A DNA stretch of 64,000 nucleotides, from assembly GCA_963777945.1 (NCBI GenBank), contig CAVZSN010000010.1, positions 110,354 through 174,353 on the forward strand, written 5' to 3'. Shown here in pieces: positions 1 through 16,649 of the stretch; positions within the stretch are counted from its first letter, which is position 1; each line of letters begins with the position of its first letter. Origin of the DNA: an uncultured Actinomycetota bacterium. Lineage in GTDB: Bacteria; Actinomycetota; Thermoleophilia; RBG-16-64-13. Both the position numbers and the translations under genes were made by a program. Under the pieces are notes generated by a model. The model made no database searches. It had not been told where the DNA came from and saw nothing but the letters and a program-made list of their open reading frames with translations.

Positions 1-745
<745 letters not shown>

Positions 746-976
746 TATTGCGATACGGACTTACGTCCGGATCTGACTTTGTGGAAGAGCTGAATTAGCT
801 CTCAAAGTATGTCTCGCAATCGGTAGGTTCCGATTGCAGACGGGGTCAAGGACCGCCATCTCCACTAGAAGACGACGTCCTCGATGATTCGTTGCTGGCA
901 GACCGGACTGTCAAAGTCCGATCTGACAACGCTGTTCAGTTTTCAAAGACCATTGCGCTCTTAGGCGCGGCCGGGA

Positions 977-1005
977 AGGTTAGCACCGTCCAGTCACGGC
1001 GTCAA
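977..1005 (-). promoter_or_regulatory. candidate upstream rRNA promoter (TTGACG - 17 nt - TAACCT on minus strand)
   Basis: -35/-10-like hexamers with 17-nt spacing ~230-260 nt upstream of the mature 16S 5' end. Confidence 0.3.
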
Positions 1006-1202
1006 CCCGCTTGCCGCGATCAATTCTCGTTGTCTTACCCGTTTCCCAACCGAGTAAACCCGGCTCTCCCACAACAAACGAGCCGCCCCGCCTCGCACGG
1101 GCGGCTCCGAGAACGGCGGCTATGCTACTTCGCCTAACCGCACGTCCCCACCCGATCGCTCATGCTGTCGAGGTGTATCGTCGTATCATTGTGGAGGAAG
1201 TA

Positions 1203-1231
1203 GTTTAGACCCTCACGGGCGCGCCTGTCAA
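1203..1231 (-). promoter_or_regulatory. candidate distal rRNA promoter (TTGACA - 18 nt - TAAACT on minus strand)
   Basis: Perfect -35 hexamer and good -10 hexamer ~460 nt upstream of 16S. Overlaps the stop codon of the upstream lipoprotein ORF. Confidence 0.35.
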
Positions 1232-1877
1232 TAGGCCGCTCGCGAGATCAAGGGCCGCCGGGCGGCAGCGGCTGCATCCCGAGCGCCGTTTCGACCACGA
1301 TCTCGTTCGGCTATCCCGCGCCCGAACACCCCGTACCATCAGGCCGTCGTGACTCCACTGGACCAGCCAGCCGCCGTTGACTTCGTACAGGATCGCGGGA
1401 TTACCGGCGACCTCGCCCACCGGCCTGCCGGTCACGTCGCCCAGGTCTCCCCGGAAGTTCTCCAGGATCACGAGCCATCCGGCATCCACCTGCGAACAAC
1501 ACCTGGATCTCCGGCTCTGACCCTGAGCCGCAGGACCCGAGGATTGGGCTCGCTCGGGCCCTCGTACGAGTCGGGGTCTCGCGACCTCCACGACCGGCCA
1601 CCATTCGCTCGCGCACGGACGGCGCCCTCGGGAAGCGTGCGTGGGCGCGAAGACGACCATGGGCTCAGCGCCACGGCGACGGTTCACGAAGACCTTCTCG
1701 AAGTCGGTGACAGGCGCGACGGACGTGCCGCGGAGCGACTGACGTGCTCGAGGATGATGCGGGTGTCACTGTGACTGGGGACGTCGACGGCGCAGCTCGC
1801 TCCTGCCCACAAGCAGTCGCGACGACCACGGCGATCAGGCCCAGAGCGACCGCCAACCCTGCGAAGCGATGCGACAC
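1205..1877 (-). CDS. hypothetical secreted lipoprotein (frameshifted)
   Basis: N-terminal MSHRFAGLAVALGLIAVVVATAC-G signal peptide/lipobox followed by Ser/Thr/Pro-rich linker. Body continues in a second frame (ORFs 1665-1877 and 1205-1687). Confidence 0.35.
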
Positions 1878-1975
1878 CCTCCGTGCGGCTGCGCTGCCTG
1901 TACATCCTCTCGCCTCCGGTCCGGGACATCAGCGTCACCGGGTCGATGATAGCGGGCGACTCCGCTTGCGGGTCG

Positions 1976-3419
1976 CTAGGACTTTCGGTGGATGCTGGCC
2001 TCGACCGCTGCGTCCCGCGCTGCAGCAGCACGATGCCGTCCTTGTCGAAGATCGTCGCGGAACCCCTCCTCGGCCAGTTGCGGAAAGATCTCGGCCGCCT
2101 TCCCCGAGAAGCCGGTCCGGCACTTCAGGACGTACTCCACCTCGTCGGCCGCCGGCAAGCGCTGCCCCTTCACGGGAGTCGTCGCCCCAGTACGTTGCGC
2201 TGAACGGGGTCGGGAACACGTAGACCTGCTCGCCGGTGAGCGAGGTGCGACGGCGAGCCTGTCAGCGGGCGGCAACGACCGCATCGTGCGGGGATGAGCG
2301 CCACCGCCTCGTCCGCGGCCACGGGCTTCGGCGCTTCGCGGATCGTAGATGCGTGCCGGTGTCGCGCGACCACTGGCAGCGGACCCCACAGGTAAGCCGC
2401 AGAACAGCGTGGCCAGCAGCACCGCGACTGCCAAGGCCCTGCGCGCAGCCAGAGTCCTTCGAACCGGCCGAGTGTACAGCACCGCCGCCCACGCAAAGCA
2501 CCGGGATGATCAGACTGGTGTAGTGGTACTGGAGGTTGCTCTGGTACCAGAAGGTGCTGACATCAGGTTGAAGAAGAGCACCGGCAGCGACGATAAGACG
2601 TCCGCCGGTCAGCAGCGGCAGGAAGAACACCGGGAGAAGAAGCTGGAACAGGTACTTGATCTTCTCGGCGGTCAACATGTACGCAGCCACGTCCCAGGGC
2701 GCATGAAGACGGTCGTCCAGCAGTCCGCCTCAGACCTCCGAAGGGAATGCGCCACGAATCCAGAGTCGCCCGGCGCCCGCGCCGCTAAGGAGCTGGACCG
2801 CAGAACGAACACGGTCACGAGGAACCACACCGACCGCCAGCGCCGACCGTCACCAGCCCCATCCTGCGGTCGTGCCGCAGCGCCACGTAGATGCCCAGAG
2901 GGACCAGCGAGCAGCGGCACGTCTTCCTTCACAGTCAGGAGCAGGAGCACCATCACCAGGTACGGCGCGCCATCTGCGCACGGCCATGAAGTACAGCGCG
3001 AACAGCACCAGCGGCACTTCGAAGACTGTCCGGATGGAAGTTCTCCAGGTTGAGCCAGCCGAGCGCCGGAGTAAGCAGATACGCCGATGGCGGGCATCAG
3101 GGCCAGCCAGCGAGTTCCTGAGCACTCTGCGCGCCAGAAGGAAGACGGGAACGGCCCCCACGGCACAGCGCCATCGTCTGCACCACCAGGAGCGTCTCGG
3201 GCCGCGGGCCACATCCAGTAGAGCGGCACAAGCACGACCAGGATGTACGACGCGTGGTCACCGAACAGGTTCAGGCCCAGGATGGTGACAAACGGCTCCT
3301 TGAAGCGGCTGAGCAGCCAGACACCCTGGTCGAAGATGCCCAGTCGAAGCCCGGGGCCTGAAAGGCGTCGAACCTATCGAGCGACCATCAGGCCGAAGAA
3401 GACGGCGTAGCAGGAGCAT
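1976..3419 (-). CDS. polytopic integral membrane protein, multiple frameshifts (DUF2079/acyltransferase-like, family not resolved)
   Basis: Several overlapping minus-strand ORFs with long hydrophobic stretches (…GIFDQGVWLLSRFKEPFVTILGLNLFGDHASYILVVLVPLYWMWP…, …VPLVLFALYFMAVRRW…) that only join after frame corrections. ATG at 3419. Confidence 0.3.
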
Positions 3420-3589
3420 GGCCAGCACCAGGAGCACACGCAGGACCACGAAGTCGTCGCGCGAGGCCGGACCGGCGGCTCATCGCGCCAGGCATCGCAC
3501 TCGCCACGGAGCCCCGGCAGGCGTCCGCCGGCACGCCTGCCGAAGGTCCACAACCCGCCGTCGGCGACCGTGCCCGGACGATGTCACGT

Positions 3590-4758
3590 CCCCTATCGGA
3601 TCCGCAGGAACTTCCGCTTGCCTACCTGCAGCACGGCGCCCGCAAGGACGCCGGCTCGAGCTCGGCGCACGGCGTCTCGCAGCACCTCGTCGTCGAGCTC
3701 GCACCCCACCCTGCTCGATGAGCCTGCGGGCCTCGCCGTTGGACGACGCCAGGCCGAGCGCGGTGAGCAGTCGCGGCAGCCAGACCCGGCCGTCTCTGCA
3801 CCGCCTCCGCCGGGAGCGGCGACCTCGGGAATCTCCTCAGGCCGGTCCTTCTCTCTGAACACCCGGTCGAAGTGCGCCCGCGCTGCCGTCGGCGGCCTCG
3901 GCCGAGTGGTAGAGGCGCACCAGCCGCTCCGCCAGGTCTCGCTTGGCCTCGCCGGATGGTAGCTCGCCGTCGGCGAGTCCGCTCTCGATGGCCTCGACCT
4001 CGCGCCTGCCGGCACCGGTCAGCAGGCTCCAGTAGGTGAGCATGAGCGCGTCGGGGATGGACATGACCTTGCCGAACATGTCGTCCGGGAGCGTCGCTGA
4101 CCCCCACGTAGTTGCCGTATGACTTCGACATCTTCTGCTCGCCGTCGGTGCCCACCAGCAGAGGCACCGTGAGGATGCTCTGCGGCGGCAGGCCGTAGGC
4201 CTCCATGATGGTGCGGCCCATGAGCAGGTTGAACTTCTGGTCGGTGCCGCCCAGCTCGACGTCGGCCCGCACGGCCACGCTGTCGTAGCCCTGCAGCAGC
4301 GGGTACATGAACTCCAGCATGGAGATGGGCTCGTTGGCGAGGTAGCGCTTGGAGAAGTCGTCGCGCTCGAGCATGCGCGCCACCGTCACCGTCGACGGTG
4401 AGCCTGCAGCACCTCGTCCATGCGCAGGGGGCCGAGCCAGTCGCCGTTGCGGGTGAGCTCGACCTTGTCCATGTCGAGGACCTTGGCGGCCTGCTCCACG
4501 TAGGTGGTCGCGTTGGCGCTCAGCTCCTCGTCGCTGAAGCTGCGGGCGCGTCTTCGAGCGTCCCGAGGGATCGCCCACCTTGCCCGTGTAGTCACCGATG
4601 ATGAGCACGGCCGTGTGGCCGAAGGCCTGGAACTGCGCCAGCTTGCGCAGCACCACGGTGTGGCCCAGATGGATGTCCGGCGCCGTCGGGTCGACTCCCA
4701 GCTTCACTCGCAGCGGCCGCTCCTCCGCCCGCGCCCGCACGAGTTGCCGCAGCAGCAT
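3590..4758 (-). CDS. tyrS: tyrosyl-tRNA synthetase (frameshifted in several places)
   Basis: HIGH-region [16 protein letters not shown] motif, C-terminal S4-like tail …[12 protein letters not shown]. Pieces lie in 3 frames (ORFs 3622-4758, 4386-4595, 3837-4079, 3593-4015). Confidence 0.85.
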
Positions 4759-4902
4759 CCTCGTCGGGCAGCACGTCGACGCTGCCCGAGCAGCAGCTCT
4801 TCGTACTCCTCCCGTACCTCGGACGGGATGTCCTCGGGCATCCCTGTCACCGCATCCATCGAGCCACCTCCCGCCGGCAGCATATCATGGCGATATGGCC
4901 CT

Positions 4903-5889
4903 CTAAGCGCGGCTCACCCGCGTGAACCCAGAGCAGGCGACCACCTCGACACCCCGACGCTCGAACTCGTCGATGATCAGGTTCATCCCCAGCGAGTCCG
5001 AGGAGACGTGCCCGGCGATGACCACGTTCATGTGCTCCTCCTTGGCCTTCTTGCGATGCTCCTCGCCCATGTGCATGCCCACGATGGTGCCTACTCCGGC
5101 GGCCGCCAGCTTGGCTGATGGAGTCCACCGGTCCGGAGGTGCCGCCGGTCATGTCCACCATGATCTTGCCGGTGCGCCGCTCGCTCGCTGCCCTCGAAGA
5201 TCATCGGGCCGGTGCCCTGCGAGCACGGCCTCGTCGGTACTCGGGGATGCTCTTGAGCATGTCGAGCAGCTCGTCCACCGTGGCGTCCGCGCCCAGCTCG
5301 TCGCAGCGCGCCTGCACGAACTCGTTGACGTTGTTGTCGGCAGGCGTGTGGCAGCACATGAACGGCAAGTCCAAGCAGCCTGGCGGCGCCGCACGGTCTG
5401 CTCGTTGTTGCGCGGATGCAGGAGCACGCGTGATCTCGGCCATGCGGTCGCTCATGACGGCGTCGCCGTAGGCGATCGACACCCCGAAGTTGCGCCAGAC
5501 GTCGGCCTGCACGACCCATGACCTCTTCGAGACGGGCGAGAGCCCGGCCTTCAGGATGGTGGGCCAGCAGCAGGTCGACCGGACGTGCCCTTCTCTCGCA
5601 GCCTGTCGGCCAGCAGCACCTCGCCGACCTCCAGGTCGATGCCCACCAGGATGCGTCGACACCTCGGTCTCGGGATCGCCGTAGAGGATGCGCGTGTCGG
5701 CGTACGGATTGACCAGGCTCTCCTGGTCGAACTCCCAGCGCTCGTCCTCGGGGAGCTCGTCGAACTCCTTCTTGGCGCGCTCCAGCACCCGCGCGACCCC
5801 TTCCGACCCGCGGGGTCGGCCGCCATCCCAGCACGAAATGCCGTCTCGTACATCGTCCTTGAGTCTCATGCGCAGGATCCTCCCTTGCC
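4903..5889 (-). CDS. NIF3/YbgI-family-like dinuclear-metal protein, paralog (frameshifted)
   Basis: …VDLLLAHHPEG… and C-terminal …NVVIAGHVSSDSLGMNLIIDEFERRGVEVVA… resemble the two metal-binding His clusters of the NIF3 family. Start MRLKDDVRDG… at 5889. Confidence 0.4.
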
Positions 5890-6483
5890 ACGCCGCCATC
5901 CCGTCACGTACCTGCTGCCGACCATATAGTAGCGGAGAGGGAGCTCTGTGCCCCGCGAGATCCCGATCCGCGTCGTCACCCCCACCTCCGGCTTGAAACC
6001 GTCGTCGAGCATCGAACAGCCCGGAGGCCTCGCCCAGCGGAAGCCCGTTCAGGCCCCGATGAACACCCAGTGACCTCCCCACGCGGCCCGGGCCGCATGA
6101 GCCGCAGCGTATCCGCTCCCGCGGTTCGCCCGGCCGTAGGCTCGTTCAACGGGTCGAAGGCACGGATCAGCACCGCCGACCCGATGCCTTCCCGGTCGCA
6201 GACCATGTTGAGCAGGTGATGCACGCCGTAGCTGAGGAAGACGTAGATGGTGCCCGGAGGCCCGAACATGGCCGCGTTGCGCTTGGTCCGACCGCAGGCC
6301 GCGTGGCAGGCCGGATCCCCATCGGGCAGGTACGCCTCGACCTCCGTGAGCCGCCCGCCGCCCGAGCCCCGAGCGCCACAGGATCTTGCCGACCAGGTCG
6401 GCAGCCACCACGTCAGAGGGACGGGCGAAGAAGCTCTGTCTCGAGGGCGACGCCGCACGGAAGAGCGTCGAGTGTGGCTGCAT
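5886..6483 (-). CDS. mpg: DNA-3-methyladenine glycosylase (Mpg/AAG family), frameshifted
   Basis: [18 protein letters not shown]…, …[51 protein letters not shown]… matches the Mpg family signature (…ETEAY…DPASHA…MFGPPG…Y.YGMHH). Confidence 0.7.
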
Positions 6484-6593
6484 CGTCGTCGCAGGAAGTC
6501 ATGCCTCATCTTAGCAACCGACCAAGGGTGCGTCCCTGGGCAGGTCTGCGACGCAAGAGAGCGACCGCCCCGCCCTCCTGCCCGGGCCAGCTA

Positions 6594-8010
6594 CTACCCC
6601 AGACGCTCCAGCACCGTGCGAGCCAGGGCCAGCTGCTCGGCCACTCGCGCCGGCGCCGTCCCGCCCGGCGATACCTTCGCTCCCACCACGCGGTCGAGAT
6701 CCACCACCGCGTAGTAGTCCTCGTCGAACAGCGGGGCTGAGCTCTTTGCAGTTCGGCCGGTCCGGCGCGAAGCCAGCGGCCGGCCGTCGGCCGCCAGCAT
6801 GCGCCACCAGCCTGCCGGCAACCCGGTGGGCCTCACGGAAGGGCAGTCCCTTGCCGACGAGGTAGTCGGCCACGTCGGTGGCGGCCGCGTAGCCACCCTC
6901 GGCCGCCTCCCGCGCCCGCCGCTGCGTCGACGAACGAGACCGTCGACCATGGCCGTCATCGCCTGCCAGGCAGAGGTCGAGCTCTTCCTTGGTCCCGAAG
7001 ACGTAGAGCTTGTCTTCTTGCAGGTCGTTGTTGTACGCGAGCGGCAGTCCCTTCAGCAGCGCGCCGAGCCCCTGCAGCCGGGCGAGGAAGCCGGCCGCCT
7101 TGGCCCGCACCAGCTCGGCGCCGTCGGGATTGCGCTTCTGCGGCATGATGCTCGAACCGGAGGTCCACGACTCCGGCAGCGTGGCCAGCCCGAACTCCTG
7201 GGTGGTCCACAGCACCAACTCCTCCGCCAGCCGGGACAGCGTGAGCGCGCAGTTCGCCGCGATCGCCAGGTAGGCGAAGGCCGTGTCCCGCGCAGCCACG
7301 GCGTCCATGGCGTTGGGAGACACCTGGGCGAAACCCAGTTCGGCCGCGACCATCGCCCGGTCGAGCGGGTAGTTGACGCCGGCCAAGCGCGCCCGGCGCC
7401 CAGCGGCATCCAGGACGTGTCGCGCCACGCCGCGAAGCGTTCCCAGTCCCGCTGCAGCGCGAAGAAGTAGCGCCAGCAGATGGTGGGCCAGAACGACCGG
7501 CTGAGCCCGCTGCAGGTGCGTGTAGCCGGGGAAGACGGTCTTCTCGTGGCGTCTCGGCCTGGGCGAGCAGTGCGGCCATCAGGCCGCAGTATCCGCGCCT
7601 GGTGTCCGGAGACCGCGCGCCGCAGGTACAGCTGCAGGTCGAGGGCCACCTGGTCGTTCCGGCTCCGTCCCGTGTGCATCTTGCCCGCCGACCGGCCCCA
7701 CGAGCTCGGTCAAGCCGCCGCTCGACGGCCATGTGGATGTCCTCGTCCTGGAGCGTCCAGCCGAAGCGTGCCCGCGCTCGACCTCGCCCGCGATCGGCTG
7801 CCAGACCCGCGAGGATCGTGTCCCGCTCCTCGCTCGGTCAGCACGCCGATCGTCGCCAGCATGCGGACGTGCGCCTGCGACCCCTGGATATCGAAGGGCG
7901 CAAGCACATGATCGAACGGGATGGAGGCGTTCAGACGCTCGAACAGCGGGTCCTGGCCGGCGGCGAACCGGCCGCCCCACGGCTTGTCGGTACCGCCGCC
8001 CTGCGCCGGC
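6594..8010 (-). CDS. argH: argininosuccinate lyase (frameshifted; start codon not resolved)
   Basis: …[23 protein letters not shown]…, …[20 protein letters not shown]…, …[23 protein letters not shown]… fumarate-lyase signature. C-terminus …ARTVLERLG. Confidence 0.85.
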
Positions 8011-8045
8011 GTCGGTGTCCGAGCCGTTACCTGTAGGCGCTTCGC

Positions 8046-9251
8046 TCAAAGCTCGCCCTGGCGCTTGCGGGCCCACACCTCGAGCGGCAGACCCCACAGC
8101 TGGATGAAGCCCTTGGCCGATTCGTGGCTGAAGGTGTCGCCGGCTCCGTAGGTGGCCAGCTTGGTGATGTAGAGCGAGTTCGGTGAGCGCCGTCCCACCG
8201 GGCTGCAGCGAACCCTTGAAGTACCGCAGCCGGACGTCACCGGTCACGTACTTCTGGGTCTCGTCGATGAAGGCGCGCAGCGCGTCGGCCAGAGGGCTGA
8301 ACCAGAGGCCTTCGTAGATGAGCTCGGTCATCCGCTGGTCGATGCCGGTCTTGAAGTGCTGCAGCTCCCGGGTGAGGGTGAGATCCTCCAGCTCCCGATG
8401 CGCCATGATCAGCGACAGCGAGCCGGCCACCTCGTAGGTCTCGCGGCTCTTGATGCCCACCAGGCGGTTCTCCACCATGTCCACGCGGCCGAAGCCGTGC
8501 GAGCCGCCGATCTTGTCGAGCGTCTCCACCAGCTCCACCGGCCCCATCGCCTCGCCGTCGAGCGACACCGGGATGCCCGCCTCGAAGCCCACGACCACTT
8601 CCACCGGCTTCGTCGGGAGCATCCTTGGGATGGACGGTGAACATGTAGGCGTCGTCCGGAGCGGCCGCCCAGGGATCCTCCAGCTCTCCGCACTCGATGG
8701 CCCGGCCCCACAGGTTCTCGTCGATGGAGTAGGGGTTCTTCTTGGTGAGCGGCAGGTCGATGCCGCGCTCGGCCAGGTAGTCCAGGAGTTGCGGCCGGGT
8801 CATGTTCCACTCGCGGGCGGGACCCAGCACGGTGATGGAGGGGTCCAGGCAGCGGATCGACACATCGATCCGCACCTGGTCGTTGCCCTTGGCGGTGCAG
8901 CCGTGAGCGATGAACTTCGCCCCGCACTCGTGGGCCAGCTCCACCATCTTCTTGGAGATGAGCGGCCGGGACAGAGCGGAGTGGAGCGGGTACTTGCCCT
9001 CATAGAGAGCGTTGGCCTTGAGGGCCGGGAAGGCGAAGTCGGTGAGGAACTCCTCCTTGGCGTCGATGACGACCGAGTCGACCGCGCCGGCGGTGAGAGC
9101 CCGCTCGCGCAGGCTCTCGAGGTCCTTCATCCGGCCGACGTCCACCAAGGCGGCGATGATCTCGTAGCCGAACTTCTCCTTCATGTACGGGATCGAGGGC
9201 CGAGGTGTCCAGCCCGCCCGAATAGGCGAGTACGCACCGTTCCTTCTCCAT
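8046..9251 (-). CDS. argG: argininosuccinate synthase (frameshifted)
   Basis: [17 protein letters not shown] (PP-loop), …[11 protein letters not shown]…, …[16 protein letters not shown]…, C-terminus …[21 protein letters not shown]. Confidence 0.9.
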
Positions 9252-9283
9252 CAGTTTCAGCCTCCCAGTTGCTGTAGATACGC

Positions 9284-9717
9284 GCAGACGGCCTCAGCCG
9301 ACTGCTGTGTCTTTGCTCACCACGATCACCGTGTCGTCCCCGGCGACGCAGCCCAGGATCGAGTCGTGGTCCAGTTCGTCGATCACGCGGCCGATGCCCG
9401 GCGCTGCCCCTGGGTCGCAACGGACCACCAGAAGGTTCTGCGCCACCTGGATGCCGCGACCGAACTCCTTGAGCATCCGCGAGCAGGCCGTCGGCGGATC
9501 GGGCCGTTCCTCCGAGGCCGGCACGAAGACGTAGCGGACTGCGGCCCACCGCGTCCCGGCCCTTCTGCAGACCCAGCTCGCGCAGATCGCGGCTGATGGT
9601 GGCCTGCGTGACCACGCAACCCGCCGCCGCCAGTTCGTCCACCAGTTCGCGCTGACTGGCGACCGAGCGGTCCTTGAGCAGCCTTCGCAGAAGCTGTTGT
9701 CTTTGCCGCTTGTTCAT
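9284..9717 (-). CDS. argR: arginine repressor
   Basis: MNKRQRQQLLRRLLKDRSVASQRELVDELAAAGCVVTQATISRDLRELGL (winged-helix N-domain) and C-terminal oligomerisation/arginine-binding part …GDDTVIVVSKDTAVG. Stop-then-start junction with argB (TGAgATG). Confidence 0.85.
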
Positions 9718-9718
9718 C

Positions 9719-11949
<2,231 letters not shown>

Positions 11950-11953
<4 letters not shown>

Positions 11954-12992
11954 ACTCTCCTCCTCAGACCCGGCGTCTTCGGCAAACCCGAACATGATGT
12001 TCATGTTCTGCACCGCCTGCCCCGACGCACCCTTGACCAGGTTGTCGATGACACTGAATACCTTCACCAGACCGGCCGCGCTCATCCTCCCGCACAGTGA
12101 TGCCGGCAGAAGTTGGTGCGCGACCACCTCGGCCAGGCTGGGGACCTGGTCGCTCACCTCCACAAAGGGCTCGTCCTTGTAGAAGGCGCGATACTTCTCC
12201 AGCCAGGCGTCGTTGCCCACCAGACCGCTCGAGCGGGTCGGAAGTACATGGTGCTGAGGATCCCCCTGTCCACCGGCAGCAGATGCGGGGTGAACGACAC
12301 GGGAACCGGAGCACCCGCGGCCATCGCCAGCTCCTGCACCATCTCGGCGGTGTGCCGGTGGCCCACCTCGCCGTAGGCGCGGAAGTTCTCGTCGACGGCG
12401 CAGAAGTGGGTCTTCTCCGACGGAGTGCTGCCCGCGCCCGAGACCCCCGACTTCGAGTCGACGATGACACCGCCCGCGTCGATGTCGCGCGCAACCGGTA
12501 GCAAGTCCCAGGAGCATGCTCGTGGGATAGCACCCCGGGTTCGCGACGATGCGGGCCTTCGCGATCGCCTCCCGGTACATCTCCGGCAGACCGAAGACCG
12601 CCTCGGCGACCAGGTCGGGACGCGGATGCTCGAACCCGTACCAGGTCTCGTAGCCCTGCGGGATCCTTCAGCCGATAGTCGGCGCTCAGATCGACCACCC
12701 TGCAACCCCGGTCGACGCAACTCGGCCACCACGGCATACGCCTCGGCATGCGGGTAGCAGACGAAGGCGACATCGGCGCGCCGGCGCGTCTCGGGAGAGT
12801 ACGCGCGTATACGCACCGTCGACCCGCAGGTGGGGAAAGACCCGGTCCACGCGCGGCGCCGACGTACGACTTGGAGGTGAGCGCCCCGAGCTGGACGTCG
12901 GGATGCTCCGCCAGGATGTCTGTCAGGACCGCCCCGGTGTAGCCGGTGGCCCCGACGATGCTCGCAGTGATCACGCTCGTACCTTTCGACAT
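11950..12992 (-). CDS. argC: N-acetyl-gamma-glutamyl-phosphate reductase (frameshifted)
   Basis: MSKGTSVITASIVGATGYTGAVL (NAD-binding), …ANPGCYPTS… (catalytic Cys), …DSKSGVSGAG…. Stop overlaps argJ ATG (ATGA). Confidence 0.9.
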
Positions 12993-13005
12993 CGCCGCAC
13001 GAGTG

Positions 13006-13050
13006 TGTGAATATACACGGCTGCTGCAAAATCATGCAAGGCGGCTGCAT
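13006..13050 (-). promoter_or_regulatory. candidate ArgR operator(s)/promoter upstream of argC: TGTGAATATACAC plus palindrome ATGCAAGGCGGCTGCAT and a third TGCA half-site
   Basis: AT-rich, palindromic TGCAT/ATGCA and TGAAT motifs resembling ARG boxes 15-60 nt upstream of the argC start, in a 68-nt gap between pheT and argC. Confidence 0.3.
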
Positions 13051-13059
13051 GCCGGCCAG

Positions 13060-15553
13060 CTAGCCGCCATCCGCTCCGAGCCTACGCCCTGAGCTCGGCT
13101 CCCAGTTCTGCCCGGATCTTGTCCAGCATCTGCGCGGCGCAGCTCGTTGACCTCGTCCTCGCTCAGCGTGCGGTCGGGCGCGCGGAAGCTGAGCCGTAAG
13201 AGCCAGGCTCTTCTTGCCGGCCGCTACCTGCGCCCCCTCGTAGAGGTCGAAGACCCTGATCTCCTCCAGCAACTCGCCGCCACGCGCGCGCAGCGATCGC
13301 GACCACCGCCGCGGCCGGGACGGCGGCGTCGACGACGAGGGCAAAATCCTGCTCCACGACGGGATAGGCCAGCAGATCGCGGAACATCAGCTACTTCAGA
13401 GGACGCCGCGAAGATCGGCTCCAGATCGAGTTCGGCCGCGACCACCGGCGGCCCTTGAGGTCGTACGCCTGCACCACGAGCGGATGGATCTCCCCGATCC
13501 AGCCCACGACCCGACCCGCCAGCTGTCGCGATCAGCCGCGCTCTTGCCGGGATGCAGGAACGGGCTCAGAGCTGGGGAGCCGGAGTCGGCGCGGCTCGGA
13601 CGACTGAAGGCGAGCGGGCAATGCAGCCCGGCGGCCATCCGCTCGACGAAGCCCTTTGACCAGGAAGTAGTCGACGGCGACGCCCGAGCGCAGCCAGGAG
13701 TCCTCGTCCCAGGGCCCGGCCACCAGGATCCCGACCCGCAGCGGTTCGTCGCGGCAGCAAAGCGTCCGACGGCAGAAACACCTTCCCCACCTCGAAGATG
13801 TGCACGCGCTCCTCGCGGACCGCCACGTTCTTGACGGGCCGTCTCGAGCAGCCCGGGCAGCAAGCATGGTGCGCATGAAGGCCTGGTCCAGGCTCAGAGG
13901 GTTGGCGACGCGCACCATCCTGACGCCGGGGGTCATCGGCGGCCAGCCGGAGGAGCTCAGGCCACTTGTCGTCGCCGAAGCTGTAGTTGATCACCTGGGT
14001 CAGGCCCGCCCCAGCGAGCAGGTCCTCCACCAGCCGCCTGGCCGTCTGCGCCCGGTCGAGGCCGCCCTCGGCCGCACGCGCCGCGGCGGCAGCGTCGACG
14101 GGATGCGGTCGAGGCCGTGGACCCGGGCCACCTCTTCGATGAGGTCGATCTCCCGGGTCAGGTCCGCCGCGGAAGCTCGGGACCTCGACCACCAGATCGG
14201 CGGCCCTCGTCGCGTCACCGCGCAGCCCAGCCGGGTGAGGATCCCGGCCATCTCAGCACCGGGGACGCTCGGTGCCGAGCACCGCGGCCACCCGCTCGGG
14301 GCGCAGCCGAAGCACGGTCTGCGGACGGGGCTCCGCACGCACGTCGATGGTCGCCGACCGACACCTCTCCCCCGCACAGCTCCACGAACAGCCTGCAGGC
14401 CATGTCGAGAGCCAGCGGGATCATCTCGGGGTCGAGGCCCTTCTCGTAGCGGGTGGAGGCCTCGGAGCGCAGCCCCAGGCGCCGATGATGTGCGCATGAT
14501 CGACGGCCCGAAGAAGTTGGCGCCTTCCAGCAGGATGTCGGTGGTGGCGTCGGTGATCTCGCTGTCGAGACCGCCCATGATGCCCGCGATGACCGATGCC
14601 TGCTCGGCGTCGGCGATGACCAGCATGTCCTCGGTCAGCTGCGCGGCGCTCGCCGTCGAGCGTGACGATGGTCTCCCCCGGCGCCGCTCTCCGCACGATG
14701 ATCTGCTCACCGCGGATGGTCTGGAGGTCGAAGGCGTGCAGAGGTTGGCCGAGCGCCCACAGCACGTAGTTGGTCACGTCCACCACGTTGCTGATGGGCC
14801 GCATGCCGGCGTGGGCCAGCTGGGCTTTGAGCCACAGAGGGGATTCGCCCACCGTGACGCCGCGGATGACACGGCGCGGCGTAGCGCGGGCACAGATCGG
14901 GGTCGCGCACCTCGATGGAGATGTCGCGGTCGACGGTCCGCTCGCCCCACGGATGCGGAAGCTCACGTCCTCGTCGAACGGCGCCTCGGTGATGGCCGCG
15001 ATCTCCCGGGCCAGCCCCGCACCGAGAGGCAATCCGGCCGGTTGGGTGTGACCTCGACTTCGAGCACCTGGTCGGAGATGGGGAAGTACTCGCTCGAGCA
15101 GCTCGCCTGCCGCCCAGTCGTCGGGCAGCACCATGGTGCCCGGGCTCTTGGCGGCCAAGCCCGATCTCGGCCTCGGACATGATCATGCCCGACGACACGA
15201 CGCCCCGGAGCTTCGCCTCGCGTATGCGGGTGCCGTCGGGCATCACCCCGCCCGGCAGCACCACGGCCACCGTCTGCCCGGCGGCCACGTTCGGCGCGCC
15301 GCATACGATGGTGCGCGGCGACGCCTCGCCCACGTCGACCACGCACACCGACAGCTTGTCGGCGTCGGGATGTCGGCGGCATTCGAGGACCTTGCCGACG
15401 ACGAAGTGCTTGAGGTTCTCGCCGCCCCGGGGACTGCCGACCTCGGCCACCCGCTCCACCTCGGTGCCGGTGAGGGCCAGGACGGGAGGCGATCTCGTCG
15501 ACCCCCATCTCGATGGGCACGTACTCTCTTAGCCAGGACAAGGGCGCTTTCAT
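13060..15553 (-). CDS. pheT: phenylalanyl-tRNA synthetase beta subunit (frameshifted)
   Basis: [12 protein letters not shown]…, tRNA-binding domain …[25 protein letters not shown]…, C-terminal anticodon-binding …[23 protein letters not shown]. Confidence 0.9.
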
Positions 15554-15565
15554 AGGGGCTCCCGG

Positions 15566-16590
<1,025 letters not shown>

Positions 16591-16649
16591 CCTGCGTCCA
16601 GTATGGGATCGTCTGAGCCGTGATGGCTCCTCCTTCCAGGCGGACAATC

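Noticed and set aside
13800-15182. 460-aa plus-strand ORF
   Set aside because: Antisense to pheT, Arg/Pro/Ala-rich with no motifs. It is an artefact of stop-codon-poor GC-rich DNA.
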